NCBI GenBank assembly: GCA_040954595.2
Contig: CM082579.2
Span: 13,703,834 to 13,767,833 of the forward strand
Source: Balanoglossus misakiensis
Taxonomy: Eukaryota; Animalia; Hemichordata
Length of the DNA stretch: 64,000 nucleotides
Reading direction: 5' to 3'
The position numbers were made by a program, and so were the translations under genes. Shown here piece after piece: positions 48,908 to 62,935 of the stretch (position 1 is the stretch's first letter; each line of letters begins with the position of its first letter). The notes beneath the pieces were generated by a model. It was not told where the DNA came from, ran no database searches, and saw only the letters and a list, made by a program, of their open reading frames with translations.

Positions 48908-50014
48908 TTAAACCGTGGAATATTGCCCAGAGGTTTAGGACTAGAGTGTTGGGTCTCAATCTACTTATCTTGGACAATGTCAACTTATTGACAACTGATA
49001 TATCGTGGTCTTTTGGCGATTTTCGATCACTGCCTCAACAGACAAAATACGCGCGTGTTATTACAAGGGAACTCCATCAGCGCCGATGCGTGTACACGCA
49101 GTCAGCAGCGATGACACATATCGCGCCGCGATGTATATGTACCATGCCAGCACTAAAATTCTGTCTTCTGAATTACATGTAAGCTATATGCCTTTTTGGT
49201 GATTACAAACAGAAACATTTATGACTTGTCGCTGTAATCATGAAAGTTCCTTCACATGCTTCATACTGCATTATAACAAAATGAAACCATACAACCAACA
49301 GCAACAGGCGATCATACCGGGCCGACCCACTCACGCTCACAAAGCATGAAACATTTTCATTGATACACACAAATATCCAAGTTTGGAAACGGTTTTCACT
49401 CACACGAGGCAAAATTTATTCAACACATTTTGTTTCAAAATTTGTACAGTGTGTTTTGGAGCCGATGAGTCGGACATAGTGCGTTCAAGTTTTCACATTG
49501 ATTGCTGTCAACCTTAATTATCGAAGTTTGCGGTCCCTGGGTACCGGGTAGCCAGACGAAAGAGTGAATAATTATAAGCAATCTCGACATGATGTCGGCC
49601 AGCGCAAAATTGTGTTTACGCATCCTGCCAGTTCATCTACTACTGTGTAATCGCGGTCGCTGGAACACTGAATGAACACCAATATCGGGTATAAACGATC
49701 AGTTGTGCTCTGAATTGAATATTGATCACTGGTCGACCTCTCCTACTGACAGGCTTCTATTTTCCTGTAAGGGTGTGGATTGTCTTCTCGTGATTCAAAC
49801 CTGGCCGATTATCATTCAACGGTCATGCATTGACAGTTACGGCCGCCGCCGCCGGATGGCTTCATATCCACCGTACAATATCGATGATCGTGGCATAGAC
49901 TTTCATTGGTTTTCGGGGAATTCACACGGGTGACTTCCGTCTAGGTAATGTGTTGCTGCAACCACGGCAACCACCTCTTTTTCCCATTGTGGTATTACAC
50001 AGAAAAGCACGAAA

Positions 50015-53000
50015 ACACCGTATGTGGAAATTTCAGAAAATGAGCATTTTAAAAGCATGTCAGGCATTTTTTGGTACAAGCTGGGAACAAGTTGTTTTTG
50101 GATATTTCGAATACGCTGATTTCGAATTTGCCTGTTCCCAAAAATTCTTTTCACGTTTTCATGTCGAAAATGGCAAATTAATTTGTGACGTCATAATTTC
50201 AAAATACCTAAAAGAAAACGCTGTTTGTAGCCATTATGGTGCAATATCACAGGTCAACACCATAATAGTCTATTGAAATCGTATTCTTATATTCATTTAA
50301 ATACTTTTAAACAATTTGTTTAATTTAGAAACATTTGGTGAATTGGTAAAAATGCTAATTTATGTTAATTAGGTGACACACCCATCTAAAATCAATGGGT
50401 CTACAAAAGAGAGCCAACGGTGTTAAGTGAGGTGTCTATTCCAATGTTTTCAGGGTCAAGGAATTCAAATATGCAATCGGTTACCTTGTCAGACAAGGTG
50501 CAGCATGGAAAATATGCAAAATTAGCTTAATTAGTCATGATGTCATGCTAAAATTGACAACTGAAAGCTAAAGATACGACTATGGCCTGTGAGGTGTCTA
50601 GTCATATGTTTTTTGACAAATGTTTGCATTTTAATGAATAACTGAAATGAAACTTTCCATATTAGTATGTAATAGCATGTAAAAAACAACAAAAACAAAC
50701 AAACTAACAAACAAACAAACAAATAAACATACACAACAAGGATTTAGTTTAGACTGTACATGCTCGCTGGTAACATCGTGACCAACCGCTCCGTTAAAAA
50801 ACACCAGAACAAAGAACGTATGAACGTTTAGGTCCACAATTCACAAGTTATTGAACTATGAATGTATGTTCAATGCTGTGAAAAGCCAAAAACATACTTT
50901 TTGCCCAAAAAAATGACATTTGTTAACGTACAAGTTGTTCATTAATAGCGAAAGCACCGTATGGCCACACTCACATTATGCCAGCACCGTATATTCATGC
51001 TTGGTTATAAGACGTTGAATGCACACTGATGGCCCGACGTCCTCATTGTTTTTTTGAAACCCGGTCTCTAACAACAATTTCTCTTCATAAGTAAAGAGTA
51101 ATGTGTATTTTTATTACGGTTTTATATATGATACTGTGTGCAAAGTGAAGATTGTGTGTCAGTCAGGCAACATATATACAGGGTTTTACATGACGCGCAT
51201 TTCTGCGTCCTTTACGCACAAAACTGGGCGTGGGACCCGTCAAAAACTAAACCATGCGTCCCTTGGGACGCATGAAATATGTCTATTGTTGAGACCCTTG
51301 TTGCACGTTTCCTGATATCTAATGGGTGTACGCGTACACAAAGAGTCAATTAAACAGTTAATGACCTTATGACCTGTAATCGATACTGATAACAGTTTCA
51401 TAGCAAACTTGTAGCAAACTTGGTTTATTAATGAATTTAATACAGTTTACATACACGCAGTCACCCTCTTGGGAATTATAAGTTACACTACGATATCACG
51501 CCTATATCGCACTTTGCTGTGTGCAAGCAGTGAACTACCGAGACTCCTATTGCTCTGAAACCAACTCCGTCCATGAGTACCAGCAGTCTTAGTTTTGTTG
51601 AAAACCCTGAACTTAAACTTTAAATATAGATTCAGCTGCAAATTTCTCGAATAAGACTTTAAGAAGACCAAGTTGAGAGTACATGTACTGGTATTCTCCA
51701 TATTATATGCTTTAGGTCAAAGGGTCACTCATAAGGTGATGTTCAAGATGGGACCCCTAGCCATACTACAGTTGATCTTGGAATTACTCCCTATATCTTG
51801 TAGACAATATAATTTTATGATTTGGATTGGTATTGATTCTTACAACCGTTGCCCATTCACAGAAGGATTTTCTAATTTCCAGCATTGATAAAATGATAAA
51901 ATATTCTGGTGAAATAAATTGGGACCCCCATGGTTTGATGTAGGACCCCCATTTTTCAACACTAGGAGTCCCAGGGACTCCCAAAAGTAAAAAGCGATGT
52001 AAAACCCTGTATATACATGTATATTTAATCCACTTGGGTGTCGTACTTGGCTCAGATGTGTGTTAATGTGTACTAAACAAATTCAGAGAGCGAGCCGCCA
52101 ATACAGATAATCTCACCCACAAAATACCAATTATAAAAAAACAAAATAAATTCATATTACAATATTTGAAACAAGAAACTGCTCAAAGAGTAATTTTCAA
52201 AATATTTATCATCACTAAACTAGTTATAGGGGTAAATACAGGATCGAGATTCAGTCGCTAAAGAAATTCAAGTTTGGTAATAACACCGGTTACAACAAAC
52301 TTAGTTAAAACATTGTATAGCCATAGATATATTATAATAGTGGCCTGGCATAAACAAAATTTTCATAACATTTGGGCATTTTGTGATAAAAGTTTAACAA
52401 GTAAAGCTCAGTTGATTCGTTCTTTTCCCCATAAAAATATCTTTGATGAACAAAATTCCAAATTTAGTCAACCCAGGAAAAACGGCATCTTGTTTCTCAA
52501 CCTTATAAATTGATCTGACCAGTTTGAATCAGTGCAGAATCTAGCTTTTCTATTTTATCTTCATCAAATGATTCATGCAAATAAAGAATCACTTCCCCAT
52601 AATATGGTGGCAGAAATCCAGTATCATGACAGTCGATTGGTTTGTTAAAGTTACTATAGAAACTAACTATGTCTAGGTTGCATGTACATAGATAGATGTT
52701 AGGAATCCAAATCAAAATCTGTTTCAAACTTTTCATCCAATACTTGTCCTTCGGAAAGCGTTTTGATGAAGTCGCTTGAAGTGCTTTGTATTGCTCAAGT
52801 TATCGAAAATTTTAATCGCACCTTGATGATAGTCAGCAGTTCTATTTTGACATGTTATTTTGTGTATTTTTGAACCCCCAAAATCAAAGAATAAAATGAT
52901 AAAGTGAAAATAAGCTTCAAAACACCAAAAGTCTTCAGGATCACAGCTTTTCTGTAAAGAGTAAGATTTCGCTTACTTCATGCTATTAAATGAAATGAAG

Positions 53001-54758
53001 TTTTCCGTAATATCTCTTGCAAAGTCAGATTACACATTGAGATATTAGAATGGAAGTACATTCCAAGTGACTTGTTGGGAGCATTGGGCCACCTAATCCC
53101 AGAAAATTGCAATAAGACCTGTTTTTCCATTTACCAATCTAAAGGCCAACTGCTTGTATATTTAGTTGGGTTTCTATAATTAACACACATTTTTGACAAT
53201 ATTTATGGCATGATGGACACTATTCTCGACAAATAAAATAATGTTGTGTCCTCCGCTGTAATTTTTATGAGTTTGGAATCATAGACACCATTTATTTTTT
53301 GGTCAACTCTTTTAACAGTCGACAAAATTGCTGGAGTGGAACTGATACATGATCTAAAGTATCAAGACATATGGTCGATTATTAGCGTTTCAGCAATTCG
53401 ACTTAAGTTTCTTAAATTTCCTATGGCATTTTGACAAACATCAACGCCCCGAAAAAACGTTGTCAACGCTGCGGTCGCGATTGTGGTCGAAACAAAGCCG
53501 ACATTTTCGCATGGTTCGTTACCTGGGGTCCATTTAGATTGCATTGCGTTTGAGGCCCTATGTGTACGTATGTCTGTCGACCAATACACGTGACGACCGC
53601 GGACTCAGTTTGGATCAACGTCTATTTCGGGCAGTAGACTCTCCTATCAAGTTGATAAGGAAATTTTACCAGTCACGAGTAAGCCAAGCCCACATCCGTG
53701 TGCAAATCTGATATATCGGTGATCTGTTTATATGATTATCATTAGCTAAGGTGGTAAACTGTTGTGATTCATATGTGTAATTTACGTACTGCAAGTTAAA
53801 TATCGCAATTAGCCTAATGTTTGACCATAGACAGTATGCTTTGATTTCTAGAAGAGCACCTATTAATCCGAGAACAAAGGGATTAAAAGTTACGCCGTTA
53901 AATTGTGTTTTAATAACTTACTTACCCTATAAGTAGTTTAGTAACCATAATATCTTTGAAAATCATTCTTTCCACAGTTCCTTGTATCAAATATAGAAAT
54001 CTAAATTTATTTTGGTGTTCACAGATGTTATTTGGTGGGTGAAATTATCTGTATTGGTGGCCATTTTGAAAAATTGGTTGCCATGGAAACTCATCAACAG
54101 ATATTTAGTGGCTCGCTATCTGAATTTGTTTAGTACACATTAACACACATCTGAGCCAAGTTTGGTGCTTTTATCACAAAATGCACAATCGCTATGAAAA
54201 TTAGGGTTTGGCCGCTCCACTACAGGGCTTTAGACGGCCATATTGAATTGCCACATCGAGGCTCTTATCTCAAAATGAACTTCACACTTGAAGTATTGTT
54301 TTGAACAAGGTTTAAGTCCTTTATTAAAATAAAGAAAAGGTAATTTTTTCCAATGGTTGTGAGTTTTCAGTACATGTACTGTTACACCTAGCTTTATTAT
54401 TATTTGGTAGCCAAAAATCAACGAATTATTCATACAATATGCAAATTTGTGCATAATTATTGTTTTATTATTGCTATTTTGTGTTTATACAACCAAACTA
54501 GTTGTTGATGTAAACATGTAGTTTATTTTCATTGTTTAAGGAGGTACGTGAACATTTCTTTGATGCTATTCATGTGAGAATTGCGATCCTTGGCGGCCAT
54601 ATTTGATTTGCCAAAACGAGGCTCTTATCTCAAAAAGATCTTTTGGGAACAGGCATTTTCGAAATCAGCGTAGTCGAATTGACCAAAAAACATATTTGGT
54701 TTGCTTGTACCAAAAAATGCCAGAGGGGGTCACAATTTCTCAAATCTCCACCTGACTA
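50015..54758. mobile_element. Nested long-TIR DNA transposon remnants (Academ-like), outer ~50015-54758 and inner ~52045-54222
   Basis: Inverted homology 50060-50144 / 54641-54722 and 52045-52096 / 54110-54161. Right ends ...cctgacta and ...ggccgctccacta read TAG on the other strand; left ends are eroded. Confidence 0.5.
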
Positions 54759-56069
54759 TGAAGGGTTCCTCTTGTGACGTCACGTCACATGACCAAAATG
54801 CAGCAAATCTGAACTCAGATTTTCAGGACAGGGTGGATTTTGAAGTATTTTATGAGAACAAAACAAATATTATAGAAATCGATACCCGAAAAATATTGTC
54901 ACTTTTGGTAAATATTAGATTTCTTTCAATCATTTTTTAACCTTCTGATAAGATTTAAAAAGGCAAGATATGCTCTTTAAGCTTTCACTTGTTTTCCAAT
55001 TTTATTATTTTCAGTAGAAAATGCACTAAGATGTATGTGTATTACGTTTGTCAGGATATAAATAATAATAAAATTAAAAATAATAAACTATCTTTGATTT
55101 CAGATGTCAATAAGAGAGCAGATCTTTGTGAAGGCCAGTGTGTGAATACAGCAGGCTCTTTTTATTGCACTTGTTCTGTGGGATATTGATTGGTCAATGG
55201 AGAGTGTACAGGTAAGACCAGCACAATATGTGGACAACGAAAGGTCCAGTATCTGTAACTTTTGAATTTTTATTCAGCATTTTTCTGGTTATCAACCATC
55301 ATTTCTTGTTCAGCTCGATGAAGCAGGGTAAGCAATGTTGTTATGTTTAAACATTGTATTCAAGCCTGGGTCTGGACTTGGATGCAATTTGTCAATAATA
55401 ACAGTGATTGGTAACTGCATGTTTACATAACTGGCTAACTGTTAAAGAGACCAGCTGTTCTATTTGGTGTGTGTACAGTACACATGCCATTGGCAGCTTA
55501 TGGGTCAGCCAATGTTTGCCTGTTGATCTCTTGATGTGTGTGTGTGTGTGTGTCTGTCTGTATATGTACTCTGGTGTAGACTTTTTTCTTGTATTATCCG
55601 TGAATGGGACCACCGTGTACTTAACGCAATTTCTTACACTCATCAGGGATATTTTGGCTTGTCTAACACGAGCTAAAAATATCCCCAACTCGTCTGAGAA
55701 ATCTTTTACCAGGTCCTAAGGTTGTGAGACTAATAGAATCTCACACTCCCAAGGACTTGGGATCATATTTCTCACATGTGTTGAGGATTTTCTGTCCCAA
55801 ACAAGCTGCAGGCGAGTGTGGGACAAAATATCCCTGACGAGTGTGAGAAATATGATCCCAGGTCCTTGGTGTGTGAGATTATATTTCTCACACGGCCACA
55901 AATTAGCCAAATTCGTTTAAAAACATTAAATAAATGACTCTTGAACTGTCATCTGGCACGTTGTAGTTTCTGTATCATAGGATAACATTTAGCTTTGTCA
56001 TCCAATCTGAATCAGCGCTCGTGTCATATACAGCTTTCGATTCAGTGAGAATGTGTGATTGATTTGTTG

Positions 56070-57215
56070 TTCATTGTTCAGGTGCACAACAGTGCACGTT
56101 AATTGATTGTCAAGGCCTCCAGCCCATAGGTAAGAGGGCATAAAGGTAATCAGAAAATTGTACGAAAATGAAATAAATAATACATGTACTCAAATAATAT
56201 AAATGACAACATCAAGCAGCACTTGTGTGGAAGTACGTACTCGGGATACAAAGTGAGGAACTTAGCAGATTAAGTTTTTTAACACATTTTCTCTAAGTTT
56301 AAAGGCATTGTAAACATAAATACTTGAGGATTCTGATGCGCTCATGATATTAACAAACATTTGAATGTGGGGAATTTTAGTGTAACCAATACATTGTTTT
56401 CTAAGACTGTCATATAAGGGGCAAACAAGTAAAAAGTGATACTCGTCTTCTATTTGTTCACCAGAGCATAGCCTACAGTGTCTCTCTGAAACGTCCACGT
56501 TCTGATCTCTTCCCTCCTCTATTGCAAGAGGAAGGGCAGAACAGCGAAAACATGCAAAAATGTCTTTGACATTACGTGTACAGTTGACATTAACTACTTT
56601 TCAGGCTGTAACAATGATTTAAAATGTGTGTATGTACGGAGTTTGGTTTGGACGGACAGTGTGATTTCCATTGTTGCTTCAAAATATCTGAAATTCTTGT
56701 CTCAAATGCTGAAAGGAACAAACGCTTATCGCCTCTTTCCTGAGAAATCCAGGCGAAAATAAAATGTGTTTCACCGATGTTGCCCAAGTGTGACGGCCTA
56801 AACAGTCAAGATTACGTATGTAGCATTAAATATGCTTGCCTAGGGAGTCTTTCCTGTGGCATCTCTATAAGTTTCACCCAGTAACGAATACAACGTTTCA
56901 TTGTGTGAACATACACTGGCAACCGCCCACATTCTCCAATTACAGCTTCATTGGTAGTGCTCCTTGGCACACCTAGAAAAATTCTGCACCATGTTCTTTG
57001 CACTTTTTCTATGATGTCATAAAACTCAAGTCTCCGATCCATAACAAAGAATGGGTAAGATCATGGCATCAAACACCTTGAAGTGACATTCAAATGGCAT
57101 ATACCCTAGTTTCCACCTGGCAACTGAGAGTAGAGACAACACCTTGCTGGCTTGATTAGCCAATGTTTGCACTGCTGTGGACCAGGTGTTGCGATTAAAC
57201 AAAAGTGAACCTAGG
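56070..57215 (-). mobile_element. 5'-truncated, frameshifted non-LTR retrotransposon (RTEX-like) ORF2 C-terminus
   Basis: KVFDAMILPILCYGSE, IEKVQRTWCRIFLGV...NEAVIGECGRLP...IRYW, and C-terminal CRLC..QIEDEYHFLLVCPLY are spread over several frames. Confidence 0.8.
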
Positions 57216-60200
57216 AGTTTGAACAATGTCCTTGTAATAGACAGGTTTTGGTTGAGACAGGTTTTACTGTATTTTGATACATGCTCTGGCTTAACCATTT
57301 CACCACCATGGTACAGTCCAAACCCGTTGTTTTCTATGGTAAGGTTGGACCTCTAAAAAGGGAACTGGGAGGTTCTTTCTGGGAATCTCTTTATTTCTTC
57401 TGTCACAAAAATTGCATGGGAGTTCTAATTCTAAAAGGAGCACTGATTTGATAAAATATCTCAAAGTCAAGTTTTGGATGTGGCTCCAGTTCAAGTATTG
57501 TAGGTGACTAGTTTTCCGGAGTTCAAGTCTGTATACTTGCAGTAGAGTTGGTCACATGGACTTGGGTAATCTGAGTGTGGTCAGAAATTGAACTTACACA
57601 CACACATTGATTGAGTTAAGAACATGTCTGGTGTATTACTGTAATATGACTAGATACTGCAAATGCATACACAATAAGCGTATGTTAAAATACACAGTTT
57701 TCATTGATATATCTGATTCATGAAATTAAATACACATGTTCATTAAAACCCACTATGATAGAGCACCCCCACTGTTCAGAATGTCAGTTTTGAAGTCCTA
57801 TATCTATGACGTCATGCCTAGCTGTCAATGTTAACTGATGTGTACTTGTACTACTTGTAAATGGAAGTACTTTAAAGTAAAGCTCGGATGTAAGGGTTTT
57901 GTAAAATAAATATAATATTAAAACATTGCAATCATTTTAGTCCTTCGGAACAGCGGTTCAATTGACTAATGTGATCACTCTGTGTGCGGCATATGGCATA
58001 TTAAGCATTTAGTATTTTTCAATCAGAAGCCATTAATCCTGTGATTAATTCTGCTTCTTGCAACACTGATTTTAAATCACCACACATGAATATTTTTATC
58101 CAAAGGACTGTGGTGCCCAAGTTTTTATGATAAGATAAACAAACAGTGAAATTCACTGAAGAAGTGAGTGAGCACTTGGCCTATCATTGTTCAATGAAAT
58201 GTGACCACCAATTCATTGACGCCTTGAGCATAGCAACAACAACCTGTGTATTGACGATACTGCCTGTAGCCTTTCAGTTGATGTTGCTTGATGTACATAT
58301 ATGACTGGAGTCGATCATTTGTGTTTTTTTGTTGCATTGTTATTTTTAACAGCGTATTAAGCAATTTTTGTTTGAGTTCATCATTCAGTGATGGTAGCTG
58401 ACTAAAATCAGTGATTGTCGTCAGGTTATGTATTTCAATTTTCAGGATGACTGCTTTTGTAATAAATTCACAAGTTCTGTGACCGTCATAATAGTGTTCT
58501 GAATTATTGGTTTGTTTTCCTGTAGTGTGCATTTACATGTTCCCAGATAGGAAGTTTTAATGGGTATTAGTGTCAACATCCACAAGTGACTTGAGGCCAG
58601 TGAACTTGCAGTTGTGTGTAGTTTGGATATTAGCTTGTGGTGATATTAACATGGCGAATATCAAAATAGTACAAACAAATGTTTAAAACAGGACATATCC
58701 ATAGCTTTCCCTTTCATAATTGGACTGTATTGTTATTGAAGTACAAAGACTTTCCAGCAACATGACATGGCTGGATTTTTTTGTAGGAAACAAGTCCGGC
58801 TGCTATTTGCTGTCTTTGTATTACACTACTAGTAACATCTCCATTTCTAGCTTTGCACCTCACATTCAATGAATAGACCTGTGGATGTTTTGACACTTCT
58901 CGTCAATGAATGTGTATGGCTGCAGTTTATCAAATGATACACAAATCAAAGGAACAAACAGTGACTTTTATTTCTTTTGAGAACCTTGCATTCTTATATT
59001 TAAATGCTCACTCACTGGCCCCAATTGCAAAATAGCAACATTTAATACATGCGATATTCAATGCATTTACAGTATTCAAAAATGTTTGAAATTGAATATT
59101 GTGCCAAAGAGTGGTGTTGTCAGTCCAAATATCAAAGCATTGAATGATTGTTCACAGTTTCCTGTATGGTTTGGCCCACCTCTTGTGAAAAGATGACTTG
59201 TGATATAGTGTTGTACATTGAAAAGAAATATATATACATGTATTTTAAATAATTCATATTTTCAATCTAGAAGTGGGAGCTGCTTCCTCAAGATATAATT
59301 GACTGTCAGAATGAAAGGCAAGCGATTCACACAAGTTAACTCCAACACAACAACTCTTCAATTAAATAATTGACATCAGATAACCACAAAGGCATTATTC
59401 AAATAAATTGTATAAATGCAGTTACAAGATTTGATGTCTGAAATTTACTGATATGTGTAGATTTTGTCAGCATTTCCCTTTCTGGGTTACTTTGCGATTA
59501 GTTGTTTTGCGTAGCAGAATGGAACAGTGCCCGGTCTGGATTGGTCACATTAATGTTCAGAGAGAAAGTTAATTTGGCAACTGCTCATTGTATGAAAGGT
59601 CATAGGGTTAAGATGTCTTATGTCAAAGTCACTTATGAATCCCTTAAAGATAAATGTAACCTATCTTATTGACAGATAAGCCAGCAACAACAGAGAAATG
59701 TTATACACCCAAATGCTATCAACGAGGTGAGCTTCTGTCTATCTAGGAAATGGTGCCACACTGCTACTGATAAGGACAAAAAAAGAGTTTTGTTTAGCGC
59801 GTAGGAAAATGTCAAAAATTTTAGTTATGGTAAACAACCAACACGCAAACATTTATTTTCTTTTCAATTGTTTGATAAAATTATTATAACTATCCCAAAA
59901 TTTGCAGCTTGTGTGCCTTTAAAATTCAAATTCCTGTCCAAAGGGTGTCTACCCCTGCTGGTCAACTGTTATATAGGCAATTTACACAAACACGTACCAG
60001 TATAGATTCGACCACAGTCCTGTTGGCAAACATGCTCCAATGGTCTTTGCAGACAACCATCATAAATGCATGAAACGCAGCACGCTCATTCAGTCCGATA
60101 ATAGGTGCTAAAACATAACATTTTGACATCACTAACATTTTTCCCAGTGACCAAATTTTCTCAGTTTGAATCGACTGTTGATTTTGTGGAAACATTAACA

Positions 60201-61870
60201 TGGCCAGTTTTGTCCAGTGGCTGTGATTGAAACCATCTCCAATACCAGAAAAATGCTGATCCAAAACAAACGTTAAGCACAAATTGTCATTTTGACTCGT
60301 ATACTCAGAGTTTCGGAAACTTGATCAAGTAATATGACTTCAGAGAGGGGGGGGGAGCAGTATCCCCTTCCATTTATTGGCTGTTTAAACAGATGTGTCA
60401 GTTATGTTGAAGCATTCTTCTTGCTTTATGCAGATGCAATTTGCGCCCCCATCCTCTACATACTGTAATCAGTCTCAGTGTTTGCCTGCTCGAGATTGTC
60501 AGTTTTTCATTAAAAGGAAATATTCATTTAAATTAAGCTTTAAATAATCTTATATATGATATTAATTATGTCTATTAAATGACATTTCATAATATATCAA
60601 GATCAACACTTATGTATGACAAAACAGGCCAAAAATGAAAGAAAATCTAAAATTCCTGTATTTTTTAAAAAGTGCAATTTTGCAATGAAAAATGAAAATC
60701 TAATGTTTCAGCGGTGTACATTTACTTGCATGAGTTCTAGTGGAGGAGATCATGTTTTGTTTATGAAGTTCAATAGTCAGAAATGCAACGTTTTCATTGT
60801 TTCTTGCATTTCCCACAGTGGCAGCCATATTCCTTTATGGCAAAGCTTTATTATTTATCTGGTTAAAACTTGCAAATGCACTCATATTTAGGGTTAAAAA
60901 TACTTGTATACAGTTCAGTGCCTACATCTGCATGGACTAATACTAGTAAAGTTTGAAAAAAAATGATAATTATCCCTAAAGTTTCAACTTATATGCCTGT
61001 AAGCGACATACCTTGTATGTGCATGAATTTGTCGTCAACCGGAAACGGATTACTTGTATGAAAATGTTTGGAGTTCTCACAGCGATTTTAAATTCACCAC
61101 TATTTTCTTGGGCTGGCCATCTGAAAGGCAGCATGGTTGTCAAAGGATAAATCTTTTATGTCAACCGAGCAACATATTTAATATCATGAAGTGTACACAA
61201 CATTTGCACTGCTGGAACTATCATGACCACAATACTTGTTTACAATACTTGTTTACCATTGAGGTCAACTGGACCCCTATAAAAACGGTAGAACCGTTTT
61301 AATCCAGCTGACTTTCAAATTGCAAAGTACCGTCACAATCAAATTTGATAAGCCTATTTATATGCATTAATTCAAGTTTAAAGGAAAACTCATGAAAAAA
61401 TGTGCGTTTTGTGTTTACCCCACTGTGTTCACTGATCAGGTTTGCAAAATACATTCAACCTTATGTAGTATGGTAATCAAACACTTAAAATGTGATGTCA
61501 TATAACAAAGGCGTGTTGAAATACCCTGAAAGAAATAAAGTGTCTGTTTTACTTCTTACAATATACCATGCCAACAATTCTGCTGATGCAAAATTCAGTT
61601 GATGCAACACTTACAGATGTATGCACAGAACATAAAATCAGTATGGGAACCCTCCATTAAAACTTTTGCACTTTGTACCTGACTTGGCTATTGTCAAGTC
61701 GTGTCACTTAATATGTAATATTACCTGTAATCTGTTTGGTTTTGTTATTATTTTGTTATTTCATGCGTCCTTGAGCTTGGTGGGTGACACACTTTACACA
61801 CCTGCTTGTTGCATGCATGCCACTATTTTTTGACTAAAAATGTTCCTTCCAGGCCATTAAATTACCTATA

Positions 61871-62045
61871 CAGTAAAACTCCAATTATCCATATCCAATT
61901 ATCCGAACTGTTTGGTTATCCAAACTGCTGTCATGTCCCCCAAACAGTTCTTTTGTATAGGATCGCTATCCGAATAACCCAACTGTCTGCATATCCGAAC
62001 AAAATCAATGTCCCCCTGTCAGTTCGGATAATTGGAGTTTTACTG
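61871..62045. mobile_element. pogo/Tigger-like MITE
   Basis: ta|cagtaaaactccaattatcc ... ggataattggagttttactg|ta, perfect 20-bp TIR. Confidence 0.85.
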
Positions 62046-62343
62046 TATTGGGATATATCTTCATTTTGGCAATTTGTACGATGGGTAAACACTATTTGAC
62101 GGGCGGAGAAGGCCTGCTTATTGATATGTATTCTATTGCAACCAATCAGTACACATAGTTAGAGACTGCTCAGCACTCCAGATCTTATATCGAGAGCGGC
62201 CACTGTTTCGCGAGTATAAATTTTCGCGTTCTCTTATTTCATTCACTGCATCGTTATCTTCAAAAAAAATTACGTGACACTTTATTTTTACACTATTTTG
62301 GCACTTGCGTATTTGGCGAAAATGTATTGCTCGCGAAAAATTA

Positions 62344-62680
62344 AAGCCGCTTGCACACGTGCCATTGTTAGGGCGCCCTTTTTGGGATTATAAAATTTGG
62401 TAAACATTTCTTATCAGTGACTCAAATACTTTTGCATGCACATGTGTATAAAAGGGACAGGGTCATCGCCCTCTACGCGCGTCCACAGCAGCGTGACTAA
62501 AGGTCACAATGTTCACACGTGATTTGAGTCGCTGTTTAGTGCAGCGCCCCGACCCAGGTCCCACCCCTCAACACCGTCCCCAAAAAAGCCGCTCTCACCT
62601 TTTCACACGTGGCACTTACAAATTAACGCCGCCCTAGGGCCGCTGCTGGGGCGGCGTTGATGGCACGTGTGAAAGGCACT
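62344..62680. mobile_element. Possible PIF/Harbinger-like MITE
   Basis: Imperfect inverted ends containing cacacgtgccat / atggcacgtgtg; GC-rich interior. Confidence 0.4.
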
Positions 62681-62935
62681 AAAGTGTTTTACAGTATGTA
62701 CTTTTTAATCCCTTCAAATATTTGAATATGATTAATTCCATGATAAGTGGGACAAGAAACCACAGTTGATACCCCAAAAAAATATTGAGAAAATAACCCG
62801 AAGTTGGAGTTACTGAGCTTTAAATTGATTTCAATAATCTCCCAAGTGAAAATTGGCTGAAGCTCCTGTAGTCAGTTACCTGTTGGTAGATTGACACATG
62901 ACAATGATTGACTGTTTACACTTTTGATCTTTTAG

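Larger units (their letters stand above)
47654..54976. mobile_element. Kolobok-like non-autonomous element inflated to 7.3 kb by nested inserts
   Basis: ttaa|agagcatatctt ... aagatatgctct|ttaa; perfect 21-bp subterminal IR 47817-47837 / 54763-54783. Empty site cctttaagctttc at ~21641 and ~26041. Confidence 0.88.
19672..55211 (+). pseudogene. Amplified calcium-binding EGF exon array (fibrillin/fibulin-like parent, not identifiable): C 19672-19794, D 21771-21887, C 24462-24584, D 26171-26287, A 33183-33305, B 33737-33862, A 44798-44920, B(5'-deleted) ~45343-45452, C 46911-47033, D 55104-55211
   Basis: Phase-1/phase-1 AG..GT exons encoding D(V/M/D)NEC...C...C.NT.GSY.C.C..G(F/Y)...C. All D copies have an in-frame TGA, and one B copy has lost its acceptor. 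Confidence 0.88.

Noticed and set aside
59962-60282. 106-aa minus ORF with FHAF, reminiscent of a transposase motif
   Set aside because: Rest of the motif is absent; no supporting termini.
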